From: Daphnia carinata
Lineage: Eukaryota
NCBI RefSeq assembly: GCF_022539665.2
Contig: NC_081332.1
Location: forward strand, 6,324,001-6,388,000
Reading direction: 5' to 3'
Length of the DNA: 64,000 nt
Shown: piece after piece, positions 12,620 through 28,309 of the stretch
Position numbering within the stretch: the stretch's first letter is position 1
Layout: each line of letters opens with the position of its first letter
The notes under the pieces: model-generated
Told to the model about the DNA's origin: nothing
Databases searched by the model: none
What the model saw: only the letters and a program-made list of their open reading frames with translations
Position numbers and translations under genes: made by a program

Positions 12620-15600
12620 GGTGCAACGTTGCCAGACGTAAAAACTCCCCCTAGAATTCTGGGAAAAAGAAACAAAAAAATTCGTTCCCCATCCTCTGTT
12701 TTTCTTTTTTTTTTTTCATTCTCCGCCTGTGCGCAAGCGCCTCCTGGTGGTTAAAGATCTTCAAATGCCTTTAGGCGGCTACCTTCCAACGGCCTTCACA
12801 GTTGAATGGACCCAGGCGCCGCTGCCGTACACCCCAGTTATTACTATTATTATTATTACTGCCGTTTGGTTATTTTTTCTTTTCCTTTTTTTTTATTTTT
12901 GTTTATTAGATTTTTTTTTTTCATTTCTGATCGTCGAATAAACGTCGTCAGTTGAAACTTTAAAAAATAAAAATAAAAATGTGTGTGATCTCGTAGATCC
13001 TTTTGACCGTGTACACACGTCGAAACCGCCAGGCCATGAAAAGCCACAACGTGATGACGGCCATCTTCTTTTTTTTTTTTTTCGCTTCAATTGCAGCGTC
13101 AATTAGAGGATTAGAAGAAGCGGAAGTAGTTTTGATCTTTGCCTTTCAGTTGTGTTCGAATTTGTTTTGATTGGATCTTCAATTGTTTTCGTTGTGTGTG
13201 TGTGTGTGTTGAAAACGTGGCGATTGAGAGAAACGAAGAAAGAAAGTCGAGTGTTTGAAAATGCAACAACAATTTCGATGTTTTATACGATGATCTCCAA
13301 GTCCCGAGGACTCGACGATTGAAGCCGCCACAGGAAAAATTTAAAAAAAAAAATGAAAACATCGTTTCTCTTTCTGCTTTTTTTTTCTTTCTTTTATTCT
13401 TCTGCATTTTAATGATAGGGGTGAAAACGGAAATGCATTGTAATTGGGCCTGTCATAAAACGTAGAAAGCCGAGAAAGAAAAATGATGTGTAGTAGAAGC
13501 CATCGTTTTCTAATTGGCTGATTGAATTGGAGATTGGGATTTTTTTTTTTTTCTCTTGAAAAAAGAGACACAGAAATACAAACATTGGCTACGATAACAC
13601 ACAGGCATTTTATACACACACGACCAGCAGCCCCGCCCCCACCCCCCATAAAAAAAAAAAAGGGAATATTAGACATTCTCTTTGTGAAATGGCGTTCGAA
13701 GAACTTGGACATTGTGCTGATACGTTATTAAAGGAAATCCCCAGCAACTAAGCATAAAAGACATTGACGAGGGAGGCCATAAGGAAAAAAGCCTCGAATC
13801 GAACTGTGGCCAAGCCGCTCACGTTCGCACAAACGAAACGGAACAAAAAAACGAAAAGAAATATATATATATATATATATAAATATAAAGAGAACGAGTA
13901 GGCCAATTGCTTATTCCAGTCGCGCGTACACTGCACACACAAACGTAATAAGAAGCTGATTTCGGTAATACGATCTACGGCTGTGTATTACTTATGTTCT
14001 TGTGCTGTTCCCTTATGTGACTGTACACTACTGTTGTGGACGTACACACAGAAATAAGACGAAGGCAGGCGAGGGGTGGCTAGGGCTATAGAAAAGCGTA
14101 CACAGAGAGCTGTGGTACAAGCCCTGTTTTCGTGTTGTAAGCGCGGTATTGTGTCGTGTTCGCTCTTATGTCAGAACAATTTTTACCCTCCCTATCGCTT
14201 TTGTTGTTGCTGCTATAACACACACACACACACACAGAGGAGTGTGTACTGCTTGTAGTGAGAGCCAGCTGGTGGCTGTTCTGGTGTATACGATTACTAA
14301 CGCGGGGTATTAAAAAAAAAAAAAAAAAAAATACCGACGACGAACGACGCCGGCGTTGTATATACAAGGAGTCTCAGCTCGATGACCAACCACACATACA
14401 CACAACAACCGCAGCTATCATCGGGCTTTTACCGCGCATGAGAAAGAATTTGAGAGAGAAAATAATAAGGATCTTTCTGCTATTGCTTCGGCAAGTCATA
14501 CGATATCCTCAACGTGTTATTTTATTTTATTTTATTTTATTTTATTTTATTTTCGAAAAACCATCAGTTTCAAGGGTCAATCCATCATCTTCTTTGATTT
14601 CTCCCACAGCAGCCCAGCACTGATTGTCTCCCCGGTTGCGCGGCGTCCTTTTAAAATTCAAACAGTCGACACAAGATTAAGGGACGAGAACCTCCTTTTC
14701 TTTTCTTTTTTTTTCGAATTTTTCATTTTTTTTTTTTTTGTCTCGTCTTCCAAAAAATTCGAAAGGCTTGTGAAAATTGAGGGAAAATGAGGAGGAGAGT
14801 TGATGGTCAGACGGTATAGAATAAAAGGTGGCATATTTTGGAACTCGGGAGGCGGAGGAGAAGGAGGTACTCGGTTCCAGAGACGAAAGATTGTGACAGC
14901 GGGCAACAGGGCCCTAGCTGAGCCATTCAGCGTGTCGCATCCATTAAAAGATATACACAGTCACCTTTTTTTTTTTTTTTATTATTTTTAAGGAAAAAAA
15001 AAAAAAAAAAAAGACCACCATGATTTTTCTGTCGCGACTAAACGACAGTTTTTCTGCGACCCGCCACCGTGGAACGACCTGCGCTAAATAGAATGGAAGA
15101 AAAAAAAAAAAAAGTAGGGGGGGGAGAGGCAGAAGAGGAGGAGTGTTAGACCAAAAAAAGTCGAATAGAAAAAAAAAGGAAGAGAAAAGAGCTTGTCACC
15201 TGGATATCTAACACAAACCCTGTGATTTTTTCGCTTTCTCAATTTTTTTAGACAGGCAACTCTGAGGGCCCCCCCACCCCTGTCTATATAACAACGTTGA
15301 AACATTTTTTTTTTTTTTTTTCAATAGTAAGGTAGGCTTTATATATTTTCTCTCTCTCTCTCTTTATAAGGCATCTACTGCTGTATAAACATATTTTGGA
15401 TAGGGAAGAAAAAAAAAAAAAAAAGGTAACACACACGCACCAAAAACGAAAATACGTATAGCCTTGCACCACAATAGGACAGGCCACTTACGCTATTTAG
15501 GAAGAAAAGGAAATGGTATTAAAAAGCCAATTCAATCTACAACAGTTTTTCTCAAACCCAGCACCTGTCTTTTTCTTTTCTTTTTTTTTTATATATATTT

Positions 15601-18600
15601 CGCTTCCCCTTGTTATGTAGTTCTCCTTACTTTTTTATATTTTATGCCCCTATAGCTGTCAAGAGAAATATATACATTTCAAAGAGGACCTGTGTCTATG
15701 CGATATACGGAGGGTGTCCGGAAGTCTGTTTTCATCGCTATTGTCATGAAAAAGCCATTTATATATTTATTTTTTCTATTCCCCCCTTTTTTTTTTCTGT
15801 ATCCCCATACATATATATATATTCCCAACAGAAAAATATAAATTGTGCTATATGGGGCGCGAGCGATGGCCCAGGGACGTCAAGGTGTTGAATCGGTTTC
15901 TATTGTTATACCGACCGATAGATATTTTTTCCCCCCTTTCTTTATCCAGCCCTACATAAATACGATGTAACAGACGTTGCGTGATAGCGTATGTTCTCTA
16001 TTTGCTTTACGTAGGCACCCAGAAGCGGCACGTAACAGGGGAGAAAGAATTTATTATTTTTATTTCTGATTTTCCTTTTATTTATTTATTTTTTTTCTTA
16101 AATTTATATCAAACGTCCAGGTGATTGTGTTGACGAACCATTTTTCTTCTGGCCAAAAAGAAAGGCAAAAAAAAAAAATGTGTTTGTTTATCCTAATGTA
16201 TTTTTACGTTTAAATGTGGGATAGGGCGAGAGCGCGTGAGAAATTCAAGCCCCGTTCCAGTGCAGTTACAAACTTGCTGGCTCACAAAAGAAACGCAATA
16301 CAAGACGCTCTTTTTTTCTTTCTGCCCTTTTGTTATTTTCTGTGAGCGTATCGCAGTAGCATCTGATGTCTCTCTGCTTATAAAAAAAAAAATAAATACT
16401 TTTCAAAATGTGTGACTGTTGGAAAAAAAAAAAAAAAACGTTTTTTTGTGGTCGTGTATTTCAGGAGCCAGGCTGGAACGAATGTTACGTTCCATTGTCG
16501 GCTCTTCTTCTTCTTCTCTTCTTACGCTGCTTTGCAAAGTCAAAAGACGCGCTTCTCCCGTCCCGCTTGTCCATCAGCAATCACGCGGTATTTTCTTCTA
16601 TGCCTAAACTGTTACGCCAGTCAGACCGCAAAGGCATCGGTGCGTGTGTGTTCCGCAGGATTGTATGGCCATGTGTGGCGGGTTGTCGGTTTCATCCAAT
16701 GACTTTCAAAGGGCAGGGAGGGCTGGCCATCTATCTTATTCTTTTTTTTTTTTTTTTTTCTTTTTTTTTCTTATTCTTTTAATAGCAACATGAATGACTG
16801 ATGAGAGTTAATAGCTTGACAGAAAAACCCCCTCTAGTTCCATGAATATGATTGCCGCTGCATCGCGCGTCAATCCACCATATCCAACTCCGGTTCTCCG
16901 GAGACACACAACAAACCCTCCTCTTCTTTGTCCTCTTTACTCCTCCCCCGCTCTGGTTTTATACTTGATCTCTCCTGAGGACTTTGCTGTGTTAAACGGG
17001 AAAGACCCTAAATATATACAAGGGGGAGAGAGAACAGAGTTCCAGTTTTTGAGGTCAACTATGAAAAATCCTCATCGTCTCTTGTCATTTTCCCCTCTGT
17101 CCTCTTTCAACGTATCATCGTAAATGACTGACCAAACCCCCAGCAATTTACAAGTCGTCCTAATCGTATCTACATGGAAAATTTAAGGGGCTACCAAACT
17201 ATACCCTTAAATAAAAAGAAGAGGGGGTCTCTCTCTCTCTCTCTCCGGACCCTGTGTCTAGTTGAATTTTTATTATAGGGGGGATTGTGGAGGGGTAAAT
17301 CCCACGTTAAGATTGAAGGGGGGGAAACAACACGGAATGAAGCGATATTTTATGAGCATTAACCAAATATTCCAATTGAGTTTGATTTCATTGCTGATGA
17401 AAAAAGAAAAAAGAGAGACCTTGAATTCCCTTAGAATCCTTATAAGAAACAAGGCATCAAGAAATCACAGGGTCTTCTTCTTTCAGCAAAGAAGACGAAG
17501 GATTTAGAAGAAAAAACAAAACAGGTGTCGGACACATTCCTGAACGTCGGCGGACGGTTATAAGGTCCATGCCGCCATTCACACGATCTGTATAACTAAC
17601 CACACCTGTATACATCCCCGAAAAAAAAAAAAAGACAAAGTAAGAGGGGAGCAACGAGAAACAATGGGGGCGAATAAGATCAAACTGTGACTCTCCTATC
17701 TATTATATGATACAATCCAACTATAGACCTATAGACATTCGGGAAAAAAAAAACAAAACAAAAAACAAAAGACGATTTTCATATATATTTTTAAAGAAAA
17801 AGAAATGTTTTAAGGACAACCCCCCTTTTTTTTTTTTACAGAAGAAAGACAAAGAAGAAGGAAAAACACAGCAAAGGTATGAAAACATTGTCGTGACTCT
17901 TGTGGACCGCTCGGTGGGAGGTCCTTTACGCACTGGCATGTCTTTTGTGTCGTCGCCGATCGTTTAAAATAATCACCCGCACAAAACGTACAGGTATCTA
18001 CGTTATACGCCTCTATTTTGTTTTGGTTTTTTTTTTACTTTCATATTTTTCTTTTTTTTTTTTTTTTTTGCAGGGGGCTCTCCTCACATAGAGGCATATA
18101 ACGCATACACGTACGGTGTCTTAAAAAAAAGTACATACACGCATTTCATTTAGACACACAACGCACGTACAACCACATAAACACACACACATGGTCAAAA
18201 TACAATTTAGAGAAAGAGAGAGAGAGAGAGAGAGAAAATGAAATGAGAAAAAGGGGCAATATAAGGAGCTGCTGTTGCAGTGCGACCAACGGAGAGCGCC
18301 AGTAATACTTAAATAATGGGCCATGCGCATATACGGGCAGTGCTTTACTGCGTGGGCCTCTTTTCGTCCCTCTCGTTCTTGAGAACGGGGAAAATAAAAA
18401 AAATAAAATAAAAAAGGGGCCATCAACAGCGGATTAGTATCACAAAGATTCATATCGCCGCTTTCTCTTCGTCCGCTTTGTTTGCTCTTTTTTTTTTTTT
18501 TTTTTCTCATTTTTAACCCCTCTTTAAAGATTTCAACGTCAACAAACTGAAGGAAATTGTATTTCACTGCTGTCTCTGGAAAAAACTATATATACATACA

Positions 18601-21600
18601 ACCTGTGTGTAACCCCTTCATTTTTTGATCAGGACCTATGTTATCGAACCCAATCAAGCGCGTGATGTGATATAGCGCACCGCTGTATACAGATCGTATT
18701 ACTTAACGAAAAAATACCGACTCAGATCGGTTCAATCTACCGCTACACAGGAATATATCTTTCCCCAACTTGTTATTATTATTTATTTATTTATTTTTTT
18801 TTTTTTTTTGGACAGTGAGAGGGGGGTTGGGGTTTGTAGGAAAGGGGCCCTATAAAGCGGCTGGCCTTTGAGTTGTTAATTGAAACCTTTCAATGTTGTT
18901 TTCGGGGGGGAGGGAAGAGACTCCTTTTTATATGTAATATCTATTTCTACCTGTGCGTCTATTTATGTTGTGTGTGTAGTACACATTGGGAGCGCTTCCT
19001 CATCTCATTTCCCTTAGCCCCCCAAAGAGAGAAGAAAAAAAAAAGCAAGTTATGCTACGTGTATATATATAGTGACATATGGCGCATAGCGGCTTCCTCT
19101 CTCTCTCCATCAATATTATATCATCATTTCCTTTCAGTGAGCCCTTTTTGGCCCGTTGAGATACTGCTGAGAGACATTTTTTTTTTTTCTTCGTCCTTAT
19201 TATCATGGGAGATAGTACGCGATGAAAAACAAAAGAATAAGTCAAGGAAAAAAAAAAAAAAAGGCCAGCAGGACAATAGAGAATCGCTATCACGAGATGA
19301 CACGATGGCATTAAAAGCACCGGCGCGGCCGTAACATCTCGACGCTAATTTCCAGAAGGAAAAAGAAATGCTCCTAGAAGTATAGTAGCCCATAGTTTTT
19401 CTTGGTTGTATAGAGTGGCTACGAAAATATATATTTATATAAAAGGAAACCCCCGTGTTGTAAATTATCATAATAAAAACGAATAAAAAAAAAAAGAACG
19501 ACTTTTGGATGGCGAAACGCGCAGATAACATTTCAAAAACATCGTCACGTTCCATCTTCTTTTTTTCTTAAATATATGCAGTAATTCTCAGTTTTTTTTT
19601 TTCATTATCGCCAATCACGATGGAGCCCTTTACCTCCTTTTTTGTGATTGATTTCTTTTAGAGAAGGGATTGCCTCATCATGATTCTGATTGCAATCGGC
19701 CTGTTTTCTTTTTTGTTCGATGTGTGGAAAAATGGCTTTGATGAGCAGGGAGCTCGATCCACCACGTAAAATGCGAAAATCTATTTTTAAAAGCTTATAT
19801 CTTTGTTGATTGATTGCCCATTGGTAAATCATTAGCCGTTTTTGAACCCAGCCGTGGTCAACGCTGGTCCACCTACGCTGAAAGAAATGAAGGAGAGAGG
19901 GAGAGAGAGGGCTGCAAAGCGGAAACGAATTTTTCGAGTGGAAGGTTCAAAAGTAGATGAAATGAAGAACTTTGCTGCGACACAATCAATGGCCACTGTG
20001 ACAAGAGCACACGGTGGAAAAAGGGGACCCTCTTAAGCGTTTAGTATAGAACACAATCCCAAGTAAAACCTTCTTCTGTTTTGTTCCAGGGTCTATAACC
20101 TTCTCGATATTTATTCAGCCATTTCAGTTCCAGTTCGAGTTCAGCGTCTCTCTCTCTCTCTCTCCCCTCTCGTTTGTGTTTGAAAAAAAAAAAAGAAAAA
20201 GGTATAGAGCACAGAACTGGGTGACATAGAACACGGGACCGTTGCCAACAAGAGAATAAGAGCTCAATAGTCCCTGTATATATAGGGAAAAACAAAAAAG
20301 AAAAAAAACTGTCCAGTCCAGCCCTTCGATTTTTACGAGCCTTCGAGAAAAGAAGAAGAAGAAGCCAACAGTTTGATTGTTCTCATCGTGAAAATGGAGA
20401 AGAGAGAATAGAAGCACACACACACACACAAAAAAAAGGGCAGGACCGTGAAAAATGAAGGTCCGGAACAGATTGCGTCGTGTCCATGTCGCCCACTTTT
20501 AGCCTCTCTTTTTCCTTTTTGTTATCTCTACAACCTTTCGTTTTCTGTTTTTTTTTTTTTTCTTTTTTTTTTCTTTTTCAAAACATCAGAAACACGCACA
20601 CTCGTTGAAGAGAAAAGTCTTCTTCTGGCTTCCCTTTTTAAATGAAGAACGAGAGGGCAATTTGTTGGACTCGTTTTTTTTTTTTTTTGGCCATCTGATC
20701 AAACGAGTCGCCCAAAGCGTTCGTTTTCAAAGACCATCCAATTGCGACTGCCTTCTCAAATTGCTCCGAAAGGTACACACACAAACACACATACACATTT
20801 TCAAATACACGTTCTATATTTTTTATGTTCGAAAATAGATGCGAAAAGAGAAAACGAGGGTCTTATAAAATCGAACGGGGGGGGGGGGGCTTCGTTTCTT
20901 TTGATGTAACCCCCCTTTTTTTTCTTCTTTTTTTAAAATTGAAACAGTCATCGACATATCCCGCGGTTGTTTGCATTAGAACACGCCGAGCAAACATCCC
21001 GCAACGACTAATATTGAATGGCTGGAGAAAGAAAATAATAATAAAAAAATAAAAATAAAAAGATCCGCCAGCTTTCAATTACCTAAAATGCGGGAACTGG
21101 AACGTGGAAGACACATTTCAAAAAATACAAAAGAAAATGGAGGAAAACTTTGTCAAAGGTCGAAAACAATAAGGCAAATAACAGGAGCGTGTTACATTTC
21201 CCACTGGATTTCCACAATGCGCGTTAGAAGAAAAAGACCCAAGTCAAAGGGACTTGGTCTTTGTTTTCTTCTGCACATTTTTGGGCGTTGCGAGTGGGTG
21301 GTCGATGTACAGTGTCCTTTACTCTGCTGACCCCTCATCCATCTATCTATATATACAGTATATATATATCCAGCCGTTGCCTTTTTTCTTCGACTCTTTT
21401 CAAAAGGACTTCTACTTCTCCCTCCTGATCCACCAATAAAATCCAAAGAAACTTCGGAGGCTCCCTAAGTCATAAAACACAAGAGTTTTTTGTTTTTTTT
21501 TCTTGTGCCACAGCGGCAGCCAAAAACGCAACTGTTGGGTCAGCAATTGTTTTTCTATATTTCCTACGCGTATTTCTTTCTCGAAACAAAAACAAAAAAA

Positions 21601-24600
21601 AAAAGAACTCGCTCAGAGAAGAGGGTAGAAGAAAGATCCACCTTGTTTCTTTTTATGACTTTTGCCTGGTGGTGGTGACTAGTGAATTGATGCTGGCCTG
21701 TTCGCACAGCACTGCAAACTGTGAGAAATACAAACAAGTCGACCCTTCGATTTTCTTCTAAACTATGTGACGGCCGCCCGTCAAAAAGGGCCAACTCTGG
21801 TTTTTCCACATCTGGAACTGACCGACATGGGGGTTGGTTTTTAAAAGAACCAGAAAAATCTGCAAGATCCATCAGTTTTTGAGGGGAGGGGGGGGGGGGG
21901 GGGGATGTATTGGATATCCGGTTGCAGAAAACGCGGGCAAAACGGACCGCGTCTCCGGCAAACGTTTTGCGTGTGGCAGGCCCAGGTTTTTGAGAAACGT
22001 GTCAAAAATCGTCCGTGTCCAACAAGACAAAACAGATATGAAATGCGATGCCTTTTTTAAACCTTTTCCTTTTTGTTTTTCGCAGCTGAAAAACAGCAAA
22101 AGAAAAAAAAATAAAATAAAAGGGAACGTTTTCATTTAACAATTTGCTGTTGTTTCTTTATCTTTCTTTATTTTTCTTTTGCTTTGCTGATGGATTGTTT
22201 CCAGTTAGGCACGGCGCGCACCAGTTGGGATGTTTTGTGCCGATGAGGCGTGTCCCGTCCCGTTGAAAGCTTGATCTTTATTTCTAAAGTTAGGATATAT
22301 TTTCTCTAGTAGAAGAAGCACAACAACGTGGAAGGCAAGGGCGAGCTCGTTCACTTGAGATGAATCGCGCGCCAGTTTGATGGCCATCCGTTTTTTTTTT
22401 TTCTCTTGCCTCGGCGTTTGTTTCTCTCGCGCTCGGCGTGACATGAGCCTCCCTCATTAGGCGGGCGAAATGTCCTCGAGCGTGCAGCATTTCAACTGAC
22501 GGCCCCCAGTTGAAGAAGACAAAAAAGAAACAGCTCATTATCCAGAATGATCTTCTGCCCTGTTCAACTTTCGTCTTGCTTTTAAAAACACATCGATGTG
22601 TTTAAAACCAAAGTCCGTGATAAGAAACACGAAAATGTCCCACTAGCTTTCCCGATATAGAATTGGAATCAAAGAAGGGAAGAAAAAAACAAACAAACAA
22701 CAACACTAAGGCATCGATATATATATATATAAAGAAAAGAGTAGGGCTGCTAAAGTCGTTTGGTGTCGGCTCTCATTTTTCATCGTTGGCACATCACAAG
22801 CCGGTGGTAGAGGTGGTCGTGGTCGAGTAGTTGGCGGTTGACGGGGGCTAACCCTGGAAAATCCATCAGTCTCTTTCTCTTCTCTCTCTTGTAGACCCTC
22901 TCGACCGAACCCCCCAGTTCTTTTTTATTTTTTTTTTTTATCTCAAAAGCGACTTCACCGTCTCAGCATCCATCTAGTTGATTGGATGCTCGTCGGAGTC
23001 GCCCCCATATCATCGCAATCATCATAACAAAGAAGGCGACAGAATGTGTTCAATCCACTTCTTTTCTTTCCTCTTTTCATCTCCTCTTCTTTTTTTTTTT
23101 TTTCTTTACTGACTGTATTTTTATTTTTAAATAAAATATAACAGTCGATCTGTCAAAGTGGATTAAATGATAGGAAAAACTAAAGCCAACGTGGCATTCA
23201 AGCAGATGGTGCGTTTGGCTCCGGATTGCCATGCAACATCCAGTCCTGTTGTCACTCAATTCATTAACCAGACACAGTTCAACTCTGACCGTTGTCCTTT
23301 CTCTCCTTTTATTTAAAAAAAAAATAAATACATACATTATTTTTCCTATTACCACATACGAAGGAAATGGAGTAGCCCTTCGTCACAAAAAAGAACGTCA
23401 CATGGCTTCCGCTACTTTCGATGCATTGCAAATGGATCCGGGCAATACACACGCCCTCTTGTCAAAGAAAAAAAAAATAGACCAAAAAATATTGGAAAAA
23501 TGGCTTCTCTTTTTTTTTTTTTTTGAAGGATAAAATAAGATTTCAAATTCTGGTGGGTAAGCAAATGATCCAAACTATCGCATGATGGACGCTAACAAAA
23601 AAAGAAGGTTGTATCTCTATCTTGGTGGTGGATGTAGGCCGAGATGCTCTTTTCATCTGTTCAACATAGACGATCGCATATAGAGGGATGAAGCAAAACG
23701 TCCCAAACAGGACGGAGAGACATATCTCACGTCAAAGTGGTCCATCTGTAAATGTCGAAAGGGAAGAAGAAGAAGAAGAGCGAGTGGACGAAGAGAAAGA
23801 AAGAAAGATCCTCCGCACGGACAGATAGCGACTGATTTTCTCTGTGTGACTCGTGTCATCCCTTTCTTCCCTAGCAGCGTGGAGAATAGATTGAAATATC
23901 TGAACGGAAATGGACCCAATGATTCCGAGAATTTTCTCGTTTCGTCTTTCACAGTCAACTTAGCCAACTTCTCCCCTCTAGAAAAGATCAGACAGCACCA
24001 ATCTACGCTCTATCTAAAACTCTCTCTCTCTCTCTCTCTTCCCACGTCTTCCCAACGCTGCAGACCCGGGTTAAAGTTAGGAAACGTGTCGACTGATGTC
24101 GGCAATTTGTTTATCCGCAAAAACCCTGTCCAGGGGATCACCCCCAATGGCCAAAAAAAAAAAAAAAAAAGAGAGAGTCTGGCAATGAACGGACACACAC
24201 ATACACAGGCGACTCTATAACAAATGGTTGGCATTTCATTTTCTATTTCGCTTCACTCGGCTGGGGCATCTGGCGGACCAACGCACTCAATCAACCGGCC
24301 CCGGCGTATCTATAGAAGAAAAGAGCAAATGGACGCAAGCGATTTCGATGAATGAAATATCTTTGCGTCTATTTTTTCGCCGCCGTTCGTGTAACGGCGG
24401 ATATAGAAACGCTTTTCCTCTCTCTTTTTTTTTTTTTTTTTTGTTTGGGTGTCTCTCTCCCCCTCTCTCTTTGCACTTGCACTGTCAGATGAAATCGAAG
24501 CCGTTCATCAAAGTCGCAATCGTGTTTCCCCCCCTCCATCGCAGTCGGTTCTGTCTCTTTTTGTCTAAAAAGGGTCCCCCCAATCTTTCCTTGTCTTTTT

Positions 24601-26795
24601 CTCGTTCACAGTGATTTGCGTTTGAAAATAAAAAAAAAACAAAAAAAAAACAAATGAACGCCATTAAGGCGATTGCGCAAGTGGGCTCGTATGGGCTCGT
24701 CGGGGGAGGGAATACGTATTCCACGTGGGGATAACCTAAGAAAAAATGCGCTAACAAAAAAAAAATATAAGAAAAAAAAAATAATACGAACCGAGAACAT
24801 GCGAAAGGCTGAACTACGATCATATTCCTCCTCCCCCTTTTTTTTCCATCAAGTTACTCACATGACCTGATTAATCAAGACGACGAAGGCATCGTCTACG
24901 CAAACTTGCGACGTCCAACCCCCTCACCGTTTTTTATTCCCCGTTTATTTATTTTTTCTTACAATTTGTTAGTTTTTTTTACTCGCGCAGTACATGAACG
25001 ACTGCTTCTACGTAGACCCGATTAGGATTAACGGGGCGTGGTCCGACTAATTCAATTTGGGAGACTTACGTATACACTCTCTTTTTCTTGTTATTTTTTC
25101 TTTTTTGTGTGTGTGTCCCATTCAAGTTGCAGAAGGCCTTGATAGAGAGAGGGAAGCGGAGAAAAAGCGGAATAAGAGGAGCGGTGAGTGGGCAAGTATT
25201 AGCCAACAGAGTCGAGGAGAGAAACTCTGTATTTCTATATACGCACAATAGCATTTTCATGTTTTCAAATGATCCCCCCTTCGCTTAAAGCACATCGCGT
25301 GTACACGACGGGTAATCTAAGTGCATACAAAGTGAATGGATGGCCACCAGGAGGGGGATCAGCACAATGTCATCATCATCATTTGGCATCGTGCACAAAA
25401 CACACGTAGTGTTGTATATATATATATATATACGAAGGCACTACTACGAACAGAAACAAGGCAATAGAGGAAAGAAGGTCAGCAAATTGCGCAATAATTC
25501 AGTGGGAGCCATTTACGTACATCGGCAGATTGGCCGTCTTGTTCGTGTTCAAATGTGCGCCATTAAAACTGGCAACATTGGCAAATGGATACAATGAACA
25601 ATGGGGAAAAAAAAGAAGAAGGACCTTGTTTTATTTTTAAATAGGATATTGTTTAATCGTTCTAAATTTAATGTACTGTATCTATTTTTGTTCATTAGTT
25701 TTGTCTAACGGGTTCGTTTAATTGCACGTTTTGAATTGGGTAACGCGTCCCGGCTATTAAAGGCAACTGAGAGAAAAAAAAAAAAAAAAAGACCTTATCG
25801 AGAGAACGGAAGACATCTGTATCCTGAGACGTGCACAGCAATCAGTTGGTAGACTTGTAACTTATAGTCTTTCGCTTACGACATCATACCGCGCATCAAT
25901 AAGGTGGATTCCGCGTATTGGATTGCGACATCTGAAACCCCAAGTCGGAAAAGGGTAACGAAAGATGGGACGGAGAAGGCGGAGACATGGGCGTTTTGAC
26001 TCGTTGCTTTTGATATCTACATACAAAGAAAGAAAGTTCCAACCACAAAGGAGTTTTTATTTTATTTTTTTTTATTATTTCTCTAACAGAAAAATGAGGC
26101 CGTGCTAGAGGGTTCTGTTGCGGACAGTTTCCAAACTCTTTTTCGTACGAGTACCAAAGAGATCGGAAGTGGCGTGCGCGCGGTCGATTTGAATAAAAGC
26201 GCGTCTACAATATCCCCTCTCCCCTATGCAGAGTCCCCTAGTTTGTCTGTTTCTGTCGCTACTATTATAAAGAGTCATACTTGATATACATCCGTTGCAA
26301 AAGAGGAACAAAAAAAAAAATAATACAACTCCCCTTTGCATTCGCTTTTTGAATAACAACAACCGTCCTTTTATTTTCATTTAAAAAAAAAGAGTTGTGA
26401 ATTCATAATGAAAATCCTCACTTCTATTATCAACCTGTCCACTTGATTTTTTCTTTGTTCGTTTCTTTTTTTTTTTTCGAAATATTGTTTGCGCATCTGC
26501 GCGTGAGTGACAGCCCCCATTCTCCGTTGACCAGGAAACGAACAGCAACATCTAAAAAAAAAAAAAAAAAAAGAAACGGTAGTAAAAACATGCAGGGAGC
26601 GAAAAGCAAGAGTTGCCAATTAGTCGAAATGTCATCCGGCTGAATTCCTGGCATCCACTAAGCGAGAAGACATCACGGTCTCGGGCACACACACACACAC
26701 ATGTTGCAAACAAATGGGTAAGGAGACAGTCGTCCATCTTTTCTTACCAGCCTTTTTTTTTTTGAATAATGATTCCCTGCAATTCTTAACGAGGT

Positions 26796-26826
<31 letters not shown>

Positions 26827-28278
26827 GACTTCCTCTTTTTTTGTATTTCATTTTTCTTTTTTCCCCTTCATCTATAAATATATACTTCGTTCACTTTGTA
26901 TACATGCACAATTTTTTGTTGTCCCTTTTTTTTAGCTTGTGCTATGTACGTATATTTCTCGAGTCTTCGAGCTTGTTATATTGCCAAGAAAAATTGTGCG
27001 TTCGTTCTCTGTTGTCATCTTTGTCACGTCAAAAATACCTAAAGGAAAATCCCTGAAAAAAAAAAAATAGAAAAACGAACGGCATGAAATCATTCCATCA
27101 TTTTGACGTCACCGGTTGCTTGACAAATTGTTTCGCTTCTTGAATGAACATTTTTTTTTTTTTCAAATTTCTAAAAGAGCCACACAATCTGGACCCAGAC
27201 GCTTTCAGATCCGTATGAGCAATGCCCTAAACAACAAAAAAAAAAAAAAAATAAGCAGTTCCGTTCTATTCATGGTCTTGAAAATAAAAAATTCTATCCT
27301 AAGCAGACGCCAAATCAACAAGGACCGTTAATATAAAAATTAAAAATAAACATTTAAAATTTTTGGTGGGGGTCTTTATTAGGATTTTTGTTTTGTTCCC
27401 CCTCAGCAAACGACGTATATTTCCGTACGCTCCATTCATTCATTCATTCTCGATTGGATCAAAAAGTCACACAGTCCACGCTTGTCACGCGGGATGAAGA
27501 TCCGTGTCGGACAAACGTTGCTGCGCCAGAGACGCACACACAGACACAGGCGGGTGGCCACAATAACGAGATGACATCAGCGCCTTCCTTCTCCCCTTTT
27601 GTGTGTGTGTGTGTGTCTATGTGTGTGTCTGTAATTCTGCTGTTGAAGCGCCTAAACAGCCATCACCCCCGGTTGGGTTCGTCCGCTGTGCGCATCTTCA
27701 TCTAATCCGTTGGATTTCGAGATTGTCCACACTCTGCCGGTTGGCAAAGAGAGCGCACGGGCCATCTTCCTCCTGTCTGCTCGGATGTATTCATGAGACA
27801 GTTCCAAGGCACCGTCACAGTTGAACACGACGCGTTTTTTTCTTTTCTTTTCTTTTGGCCCACAAGATCCAAGCCACCATGGCCGAATATTCATGCGCAT
27901 ACATGAAGAGCAGGCCAGCATTGAGCAACGTTTAAATATATACACACACACACAGACAGACTTTACACACAACAATACACTGTGTATTTGTTGAATCCCC
28001 CCCCCCTCTTTTTTTTTGCAGTTGCATACATATTCCGGCAGGGTTCATTTACGTGGAAATTCTGACACGCTCACGACAGGGGCACCCGGCCATTTATATT
28101 CCGGCATCATGATGAATGGAAAAGGGCAAAACTCTTTTGCCAGGTTTTCTTCTTCTTACAGCAGGGGGCCCCCCGTTTCGAGCCTGTAGAAGAAGAAGAA
28201 AAGGGCTGAAGGGCGAAGATGAATACATTACAATAATATCAAAGAGGCTCGAGCGAAACGAGTCAGCGTGTGCGCGCA

Positions 28279-28309
<31 letters not shown>

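Noticed and set aside
22586..22603. 18-bp perfect palindrome AAACACATCGATGTGTTT
   Set aside because: Isolated and within chance expectation; no TE termini or repeated copies seen.
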